Shown one piece after another: positions 9,480 to 16,209 of a stretch of 43,975 nt of DNA (positions are counted from its first letter, which is position 1; each line of letters opens with the position of its first letter). A model generated the notes under the pieces. The model was not told where the DNA came from. It did not search any database and saw nothing but the letters and a program-made list of their open reading frames with translations. Source of the DNA: a virus. Lineage: Duplodnaviria > Caudoviricetes. The DNA lies in IMG/VR virus record IMGVR_UViG_3300038393_001848, positions 1-43,975 of that record. One strand, given 5' to 3'. The translations under genes and the position numbers were made by a program.

Positions 9480-9690
9480 ATGGTTCGGCGAAGCGCGGCG
9501 ATCGGCGAGGGGAAAACCACGACCGACCGCCGCACCCCTGGGCGCGTAAGCGACTGACCGCCCTTGCGGGCGGGTTGCGGTTCAATCTCTCTTGCGCGTG
9601 GGGCGGCGGCCAACAGGGGGAAAAACCGCCGCGGTAATATCAGGGGGCCGGGTCATCGGCGGACAGGTCACCGCCTCGCCAGCCCCGGGT
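9480..9690 (-). ncRNA. Candidate structured RNA / late leader (four consecutive hairpins)
   Basis: Hand-paired stems including CCGCCC-GCAA-GGGCGG nested in longer pairings; two loops carry UUUUCCCC(C)U; function unknown. Confidence 0.35.
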
Positions 9691-9696
9691 TGATCG

Positions 9697-9858
9697 GTTC
9701 ATGCCTGCCGGCCCTCGCGCCGGATGACCAACCAACCCTGATTTGAACCGCCGTCTGAACGGCTAAAGTTCAATAAGTTCATAATCCTATTTTGCCCTTG
9801 AACGCTGCGACTCTGCGCCTCGCCGCACCGCATAAGGGGGCGGGCCGGGGAAGGACCC
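9697..9858 (-). other. Lambda-like cos site: cosQ 9852-9858, predicted cosN about 9817-9828, cosB-like repeats
   Basis: Minus strand GGGTCCT + 23 nt + GTGCGGCGAGGC (lambda as recalled: GGGTCCT + 23 nt + GGGCGGCGACCT); six GTTCA/TGAAC pentamers 9697-9803. Confidence 0.75.
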
Positions 9859-10004
9859 GCGACCCGCCCGCCTTTGATCAGCGGCGCTTCGTTCGCTCCT
9901 TGGGCTGAAAGGCTCGAGCAACAGAGGCGTGGGGAGTAGGTCACGCACAACTCTTGCGAGCATGACAACGGAATAGAGCATTTGGGCTGGGTGGCGTGCA
10001 CGCC

Positions 10005-10502
10005 TTATTTGCTGGGTGGCGAAGCGATGGGCTTGACAGCGTCCCTTGGCAGATTTCCGCCATTCAGCGCATGGGCGATGCAGGTCAGGCCGCGCGAGTA
10101 GCGGCTGCGCAGACCTTCAGGCCCGGGTTTGCCCCGGCCCAGCGCCTTCCATATCAGCAGCCAAGGCACGGTCTTCGCCCCACTCGCCAGCCTAACCAAC
10201 ACGGCCACCACCAGTCGGCGATCGCGCTCGGGCACATGGGCCAGCCATTCGCTGGCCTCGTTCATCCGGGCGATGTCACCGCGCGACAGCGGCAACGGGG
10301 TCGGCTCGACCGCCGGCATGTCGACCAGCATGTCCCATTGGGCGAGGTCGCGCCGCGTCGGGAAGTATTGCCGCCAGATCGACGACACCCGGCCACCCAG
10401 TGCGAAGCGCGCTTCGTTATCGCTCGACCGCCACCAGTGGCGCATAGCTTCGGCCAGGCGGTCTTCGACGTCCTGCCATGACCAATAGTCGCCGTTCGCC
10501 AC
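10005..10502 (-). CDS. DUF6362-like protein, candidate late-gene regulator
   Basis: WSWQDVEDRLAEAM...IARMNEASEWL...W..I...LG...GLRSRYSRGLTCIA (sigma region 4-like C-terminus); last early gene before cos. Confidence 0.6.
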   Translation of the reverse strand: MANGDYWSWQDVEDRLAEAMRHWWRSSDNEARFALGGRVSSIWRQYFPTRRDLAQWDMLVDMPAVEPTPLPLSRGDIARMNEASEWLAHVPERDRRLVVAVLVRLASGAKTVPWLLIWKALGRGKPGPEGLRSRYSRGLTCIAHALNGGNLPRDAVKPIASPPSK

Positions 10503-10766
10503 CCTTCCACCGTGCGGAAGGGAAGTGGAACGGTCGTCGCTACCTTGCTCGCCAGTGTAAGACATTGAACCTAAACCTCTTTAATATTCTAGATGGAAGG
10601 ATTGGAAGGATTGGAAGGGTGTAGGTGACCATGCACCTGCGCACCTGCGCACGCCCGCCTGAGCACACCTTTAATGCCGCTAACCCTTCCAATCCTTCCA
10701 ATGCCGCAGTTTTCCGCCGTTCCTTCCTTCCGGCAGACCCTTCCACGACCCTTCCAAACGGAAGGA
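10502..10766. repeat. Putative replication origin: GGAAGG iteron array in both orientations
   Basis: 12 GGAAGG/CCTTCC copies; perfect 20-bp inverted repeat 10601-10620/10683-10702; AT-rich patch near 10565-10595; directly downstream of the helicase gene. Confidence 0.75.
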
Positions 10767-10767
10767 T

Positions 10768-12951
10768 TTAGAACGGAACGTCATCGTCATCGTCGTCCAG
10801 CGGCGGGGGTGCGGGGGTCGCGGCTTCCCCTTCGGCAAGGTCGTCCAACGCGATCACGTTGCCATGTGCGTCGACGAAGTCGTTGCGCGTCTTGACCAGG
10901 CGGATGCCCAGCCAGTGGATGCCGTTCGACGCCTTCGGGACCAGCCCCTTGGCTTTCACCGCCTGGCTGAAGGATTTGATCTTCCACGTCGTTTCGCCGA
11001 CCGCCTTGCCCCACGCCTCATAGGTTTCGAACAGGGTCGACGATTGCACCCGCGCCGTTGGGTCGGGGACGGTGCAGAACGCCAGGAAGTTGCTGATCGG
11101 GTCGCTGTCGTGCTTGTAGTCGGCCGACGCCAGCTGCACCGATTCCGGCTCGACAAAGCCGTTGTCGAGCCAGTCGAGCAGCCCGCGCACCATCCATGCC
11201 AATGTGCCCGCATATTCGCCGCGCAGTTTCTTCGGCAGGTCGCGGTCGCGCTCGCTTTCGGTCAGATGCTGTTCCCAGGGGATGACCTTGACCCGTCGCC
11301 AGATGCCCGCGGTGCCACGGGGAATCTGCGGCAGATCGTTGCACCACAGGGTGAATTTGAAGGTCGGTTCGAAGCGGAAGAACGACCGGAAATTGTCGCG
11401 GACGTTCATCGGGTCGCCGCCGGTGACGCTGTTGATCAACGCTTCGTTGATCTTTGCCCCACTGGGCGGCTCGCCAGCGGTCAGGAAGCGCACGCCAGGC
11501 AATCGCACCAGGTCAGGGGTCGCCTGGTCGCCGCGGCGCTTCTGGCCTTCGTCCAGGAAGCTTTCGACGTTGATGGTGTCGCCATAGTCGCCGATCGCCT
11601 CGCGGCAGACATTGCCGATCGTCGACTTGCCGTTGGCGGCCAGCGGGCCATACCAGATTTGGAAAATCTGCTCGCCCATGTCGCCGGTCAGGTTGTAGCC
11701 CAGCCACTGCCGCAGGTAGCGCCGGCGGGCGATGTCGGGCTGCGCCCATTTGACCGTCTTCTGGAACAGCGGCGCTGGCGCGTCCGGGTCATAGTCGCAG
11801 GCCGTCAGCTTGGTCAGCTTGTCGCCGCGATCGTGCGGCTTCAGTTCGGCCCGGGCTGGGCGTTCGGTGCCGTCGTCGTCGGTCCCGGGCGGATAGAAGC
11901 GCAGCGTGCCGTTCAGGCAATTCAGCAGCATCGGGTCGGTGTCGAAGTCGGTGATTTCGACCGTCACCCAGCGCTTCGCCAGATTGGCGATGCACCCCAG
12001 CTTCCCCGACGCTTCGGACGTCCGCCCCCAAGCCGCGATCTTCGCCGACAGCCGTTCGGGTTTGCGCCCCGTCCAAATCAGTTCGTCCATCCCGGCGGGG
12101 GTGCGGGGGTCGTCTTTCTCGGCTTCCTCGAGTTCGCGCATTTGCTTGTCGGTCAGGACTTCCCAGTCGGGCCACCCGGTGTTGCGCACGAAATGCGCTT
12201 CGTCCTGGATTGCCCGCACGGTCGCGAACACGCTCGCCATGACTTCGGCCGGCGTCGAATCCTTTTCCTGGTTCAGCACGCGGTAACGGCGGCCGTCCCA
12301 GCCCAGCCAGCCCTTGGCGGTGGTATAGAGATAGTCGGCGCCATAGCGGGCGTGCCACCGCTCGGCATTGCCCATGTCGGTGCGTTCGAACTGGGCGCAG
12401 CGCATGTCCAGCAAGTGCGGCGACAGGTCGAACCCGCGCTTTTTGCCGATGTCGAACGACCGCCGGTAATCGGCCAGTTTGGCGTCGATGTCGGGCGTTG
12501 TGTCGGGTTTCACGCTGACCGTGACGCCCAGCGTGACGACATTGCTTGGCCCAGCGCCCAGGGTCGCCGCCAGCGCGTCTTCGACCTGGTCGATCGCCGC
12601 TTCGGCTTCGCCTTCGTCAATCAGCCCCGCGGCGACCCGCCGCCCGACGTCCCACGCCCAGCGCCCAGCCTTGGCCGGGGATTCGGGCGCCCATTCGGCG
12701 GTTCGGCGCAGCCAGGCCCGCGCCACGGCCTTCAATCGCTTCGCGTCCCGCTCCCCCAGCGAAAAAACGGCCGCTTCCCTTCCATCTGGAAGCATGTCGT
12801 CATCGGTCAAGCCGGGGGGTGCAGGGGGAAACGCCTGGTCGAAGCGCTGGCGCCAGTCGGCGAGATATTGCGCCTTGGTGTCGGCGTCGCGAATGACGTT
12901 GGCCAGCGCCGCCAGGCGCCGCCACAGGCCCGATCGCGCTTCGGGCGTCAT
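10768..12951 (-). CDS. P4/D5-family SF3 helicase with DnaG-derived N-terminus (727 aa)
   Basis: TDMGNAER, WDGRRY, LLNCLNGTL (D5_N); YGPLAANGKST Walker A; CNDLP, GIWRR; ATG 12951 overlaps the upstream TGA. Confidence 0.92.
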   Translation of the reverse strand: MTPEARSGLWRRLAALANVIRDADTKAQYLADWRQRFDQAFPPAPPGLTDDDMLPDGREAAVFSLGERDAKRLKAVARAWLRRTAEWAPESPAKAGRWAWDVGRRVAAGLIDEGEAEAAIDQVEDALAATLGAGPSNVVTLGVTVSVKPDTTPDIDAKLADYRRSFDIGKKRGFDLSPHLLDMRCAQFERTDMGNAERWHARYGADYLYTTAKGWLGWDGRRYRVLNQEKDSTPAEVMASVFATVRAIQDEAHFVRNTGWPDWEVLTDKQMRELEEAEKDDPRTPAGMDELIWTGRKPERLSAKIAAWGRTSEASGKLGCIANLAKRWVTVEITDFDTDPMLLNCLNGTLRFYPPGTDDDGTERPARAELKPHDRGDKLTKLTACDYDPDAPAPLFQKTVKWAQPDIARRRYLRQWLGYNLTGDMGEQIFQIWYGPLAANGKSTIGNVCREAIGDYGDTINVESFLDEGQKRRGDQATPDLVRLPGVRFLTAGEPPSGAKINEALINSVTGGDPMNVRDNFRSFFRFEPTFKFTLWCNDLPQIPRGTAGIWRRVKVIPWEQHLTESERDRDLPKKLRGEYAGTLAWMVRGLLDWLDNGFVEPESVQLASADYKHDSDPISNFLAFCTVPDPTARVQSSTLFETYEAWGKAVGETTWKIKSFSQAVKAKGLVPKASNGIHWLGIRLVKTRNDFVDAHGNVIALDDLAEGEAATPAPPPLDDDDDDVPF

Positions 12952-13301
12952 CGCTGCGTCCAGTGGAAATTGGCGAGCCGCAGCAGCACGTCGGCATGGC
13001 AAGGCGCCCCGGGGGCGCACCAGCACGCCAGATTTTTGCCGCGCAACGGTTCAAGGAAGACTGGGTCAGTCTCTAGCTTCGCGCGCAGGTAGGCGGCGAA
13101 CAGGTCGATGCAGCGGTCGAGCGACGGGGGCGCGCGCAGTGGCACCAGCGGAACGGGATAGCCGGACTGACCAAAGGCCAGATATTGCTGGGTGGCGTTG
13201 AACGGATTGCCCCAGCGGGTCGACCGATCGACCTTGAGGGTGTTCGGGGGCATGCGCCAGCCCTTGGCTCGCGACAGCTGGATGCGTGTCGGTTCGGTCA
13301 C
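12948..13301 (-). CDS. DUF4326 domain protein (117 aa)
   Basis: RIQLSRAKGWRMP, VDRSTRWGNPF, LRGKNLACWC...CHADVLL signature; GTGA and ATGA overlaps at both ends. Confidence 0.85.
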   Translation of the reverse strand: MTEPTRIQLSRAKGWRMPPNTLKVDRSTRWGNPFNATQQYLAFGQSGYPVPLVPLRAPPSLDRCIDLFAAYLRAKLETDPVFLEPLRGKNLACWCAPGAPCHADVLLRLANFHWTQR

Positions 13302-14422
13302 GCGGCCGCCTCGAGCAATGTTTCCCACAGCCAGTCGTTCAGCGGTTTCGCGGCCGCGATCGCCGCTTCGACCGCGTCCCGGCCGCCCGACCGCGCCAGG
13401 CTGTCGGGGTCTTCGCCTTCCGGCAGCGTGGCGACCAGCAGCGACTTGCCCGGGCCGACGTGCGGCATTGCCCGTTCGGCCGCGCGCAAGGCCGCCTTGC
13501 GGCCCGCGGCGTCGCCGTCGAACAGCAGCACCGGGCAATGGGTCGCGCGCCAGGCGCGTTCTAGCTGGCGATCGGTGACCGCCGTCCCCATCGGCGCCAC
13601 GGTTTCGGCGATGCCGACCTGGTCGAGCGCGATCACGTCCAGCTGGCCTTCGACCATGATCAGGCGCCGTGCGCTGCGCGCCGCCGGCGCGGCCCGGTGC
13701 AGGTTGAACAGCAGGTCGCCCTTGTCGAAATGCGGGCTGTCGGGGCTGTTGATATATTTGGGCGGGTCGCCGCCATGCTGGCCGTGAATTCGCCCGGCGA
13801 ACCCGACGATGCGCCCCCGCGCGTCATGCACCGGAATCATCACCCGGCTGCGGAACCGGTCGCGCCAGCCGCCGCGGCCTTCGTCGGGCATCAGTAGCCC
13901 CGCCGCCTCGAGCGCTTCCGGTGCAACCCCGCACGCCGCGACGCCGGTTCGGGGCGGTGCGAAGCCCAGGTCGAACTTGTCGATCGACGCCGCGCTGATG
14001 CCGCGCGCTTCGATCGCCGCGCGGACGTCGGCCGCGCTCGCCAGCTGCTTGGCATACCAGTGCGCGGCCTGGTCCAGGACTGCCGCTGCCGACATCACCT
14101 GTTCGTCGCGCTTCGCCGCCTGGGGCGACGGCGCGGGCACGTCCATGCCGGCCGCCGCCGCCAGTTCCTTGACCGCGTCCATGAACGCCAGGCCTATGCC
14201 GTCGGTCAGCCAGCGAATGGCGTCGCCGTGTGCGCCGCAGCCGAAGCAATGGTAAAATTGCTTGTCGTCGTTGATCGTGAAGCTGGGGGTCTTTTCGTGG
14301 TGGAACGGGCAGCAGCCCTTGGCCTCGCCGCCCTTGCGGGTCAGCTTCACCGTCTTGCCGATCAGCGCCGACAGCGTCGTGCGCGACCGCAATTGGTCCA
14401 GGAATTCAACGGATAACGCCAC
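13298..14422 (-). CDS. dnaG: DnaG-type DNA primase (CHC2 zinc finger + Toprim), C-terminally truncated
   Basis: CPFHHEKTPSF, CFGCGAHGD, FRSRVMIP, KYINSP, VEGQLDV, FDGDAAG, GEDPD. Confidence 0.93.
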   Translation of the reverse strand: MALSVEFLDQLRSRTTLSALIGKTVKLTRKGGEAKGCCPFHHEKTPSFTINDDKQFYHCFGCGAHGDAIRWLTDGIGLAFMDAVKELAAAAGMDVPAPSPQAAKRDEQVMSAAAVLDQAAHWYAKQLASAADVRAAIEARGISAASIDKFDLGFAPPRTGVAACGVAPEALEAAGLLMPDEGRGGWRDRFRSRVMIPVHDARGRIVGFAGRIHGQHGGDPPKYINSPDSPHFDKGDLLFNLHRAAPAARSARRLIMVEGQLDVIALDQVGIAETVAPMGTAVTDRQLERAWRATHCPVLLFDGDAAGRKAALRAAERAMPHVGPGKSLLVATLPEGEDPDSLARSGGRDAVEAAIAAAKPLNDWLWETLLEAAA

Positions 14423-14439
14423 TTTCCCCCCTGGTCCGG

Positions 14440-14868
14440 CTAGGTTGCCGGCGCGTCGGGCTGCCCAGCCGCCGCCCGCATTTGGTCGCGCACCCGTGCT
14501 GTGGTGGCGGTCAACTCGCGCGCGATCAGCCTAAAGGCGCGGGCGAGGCCGACCCCTTCGCCGGCCGACCAGTTATCGGATGACCCGCGCGTCTGGATGC
14601 GCTCGACCCCTGCGGTCGGCACGTCCGCTGGGCGCCAGATCGTCCCGCACCCATTCGGCCCGACGCATTTATGCGACGTGTGCGGCGGGTTGTCCCAGTC
14701 GTCGTCGGGGTCAGGCGCGTCGATGTGTTGCTGCCCGCATGCTGGGCAGAACAGCAGCATCGGAATCGGCGTCGCCAGCGCGGCATAGACCGGCTCGAGT
14801 TCCTCGCGCGCCGGTGTTCCGGGGACATGTTCGTCGATCAGCCGGCGCAGCTGCTGCAGCGGGGTCAT
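14440..14868 (-). CDS. Hypothetical Cys/His zinc-binding phage protein
   Basis: PIPMLLFCPACGQQHIDAP...NPPHTSHKC...CGTIWRP; ATGA-coupled start. Confidence 0.7.
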   Translation of the reverse strand: MTPLQQLRRLIDEHVPGTPAREELEPVYAALATPIPMLLFCPACGQQHIDAPDPDDDWDNPPHTSHKCVGPNGCGTIWRPADVPTAGVERIQTRGSSDNWSAGEGVGLARAFRLIARELTATTARVRDQMRAAAGQPDAPAT

Positions 14869-15536
14869 TGCACGGCCTCGCTTTCGACCACGGGGGCGGC
14901 GCGCATGGCTCGCCTGGCTGCCGCATCCTTGGCTTCGACCAGGTCGGCCAGGGTCCACATCGCGTCTTCGTCGACGTCCATGACCGTGATTAGCGTCGCG
15001 TGTTCGGCGTCAGCGGCGCAGCGCATGTAAGACGCTTCCTCGAATCGTTCGTCGTCGGTCCCGACTGGCGCCGTGATGACGTTGTCGTCTTCGTCATCGG
15101 TTTCAGCGCGGCGATGCTGGGCGCTGATGCGACCGGCCGAACCCCGCAGGACGGCGAGCAGCGCCGCCGTGCCGTCTTCGCCATAGCGATAAGCGAAGCC
15201 CGAAGCGTTGCAAACGTCGCCACGGGCCACCTGGTCGGCTTCCCGCGCGATATAATCGACCGCGGCCCACAGGAAAGCGACGCGCCCGACGTCGCCGTCG
15301 ATCGCACCGTGGACGAACACGCCGCAAAAATCCTCGCACGCGCGATACATGCCGCTGACTTCGGGCAAGGCGTCGGGTCGGGCGAAATGTTGCCTAGCTT
15401 GGTCCAACGCAATGCTGTTGGCCTTAAGCTTGGCAGCACCGTCGCCGGCCCAGGTCAGGCCGCCGCTGACCGCCTCGAGCGTCAGGATTCGCCCGATCGC
15501 GTCCATGATCGCGCATTGTCCCTCGCCGTTCATCAC
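14865..15536 (-). CDS. Hypothetical protein
   Basis: Coupled overlaps on both sides within the early operon; protein-like composition. Confidence 0.65.
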   Translation of the reverse strand: MMNGEGQCAIMDAIGRILTLEAVSGGLTWAGDGAAKLKANSIALDQARQHFARPDALPEVSGMYRACEDFCGVFVHGAIDGDVGRVAFLWAAVDYIAREADQVARGDVCNASGFAYRYGEDGTAALLAVLRGSAGRISAQHRRAETDDEDDNVITAPVGTDDERFEEASYMRCAADAEHATLITVMDVDEDAMWTLADLVEAKDAAARRAMRAAPVVESEAVQ

Positions 15537-15802
15537 GACCCCCTGACTTCGCGCAGCTGCGCGACGCGGGTGCTGTTGCGCTCGACGTCCAGGCCGGCCC
15601 TGATCTGTGCGTCCAGTTCGTCGATCGCGGCGTCGATGCGCGCCGCCAGGTCGGCGTTAGCGACGCCGGCAGCAGGCGCCGGCACCTTCGCCAGCAACCG
15701 CGCCAGGCTCGGCACGCGCTCGAGCAGCCAAGGCAGCCCGAAGATTGTCGCCGCCGACCCGGCGAGCAGCCCGGCCACGAACCACAGCAAAGTCACAATC
15801 AT
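15533..15802 (-). CDS. Hypothetical membrane-anchored protein
   Basis: MIVTLLWFVAGLLAGSAATIFGL transmembrane segment; ATGA overlap. Confidence 0.6.
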   Translation of the reverse strand: MIVTLLWFVAGLLAGSAATIFGLPWLLERVPSLARLLAKVPAPAAGVANADLAARIDAAIDELDAQIRAGLDVERNSTRVAQLREVRGS

Positions 15803-16209
15803 GCGTCTTTCCTTCCCATGCGAATTCGGTCGATCGCCGCCCAGCACAGCGCCGCAGTGCGGGCGAGGCGCTTTTCGGCGGCGTCCAGGTTGCGGTCGGT
15901 GCCGGTGACCCCGATCGCCGACCGGGCGAGGCCGGCCATTTCCTGCGCGTCGGCGACCAACTGGTGGATGGGCAGCATTTCGTCGGTGTCGGGCGTGTGC
16001 CCATGCCGAACGATCTGCTCGACCCGCATGCGCACCGTGGCGCGCAGCGGTTCGCCGGTCACCGCGGCGACCAGCATGTCGGCAAAGGCGATCGGCGCGT
16101 CGGTCTGGCCCAGCGCCTGTGTCGCGGCATCCGCCGCCAACGCCTGCAATCCGGGTTCGCCAGCAGCGAACACGCCGGGCTGGGTTTCCAATCGTCCTTC
16201 AGCTTGCAT
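15799..16209 (-). CDS. Hypothetical phage protein
   Basis: EQIVRHGHTPDTD...LARTAALCWAAIDR resembles a common small phage helical family. Confidence 0.65.
   Translation of the reverse strand: MQAEGRLETQPGVFAAGEPGLQALAADAATQALGQTDAPIAFADMLVAAVTGEPLRATVRMRVEQIVRHGHTPDTDEMLPIHQLVADAQEMAGLARSAIGVTGTDRNLDAAEKRLARTAALCWAAIDRIRMGRKDA

Noticed and set aside
10540-10746. 68-aa ORF and the 5' extension of the 10005 ORF to 10565
   Set aside because: Translation of the iteron array (LEGLEGL, LPILPILP)
10594-10766. CRISPR-like or mini-array reading of the short repeats
   Set aside because: Units are 6-9 bp, in both orientations, without regular unique spacers; no cas genes seen
10864-13092. Long plus-strand ORFs (also 2783-4354, 7761-9407, 34400-36517, 40145-41548)
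   Set aside because: Antisense shadows of well-supported minus-strand genes, expected at high GC; no recognisable motifs
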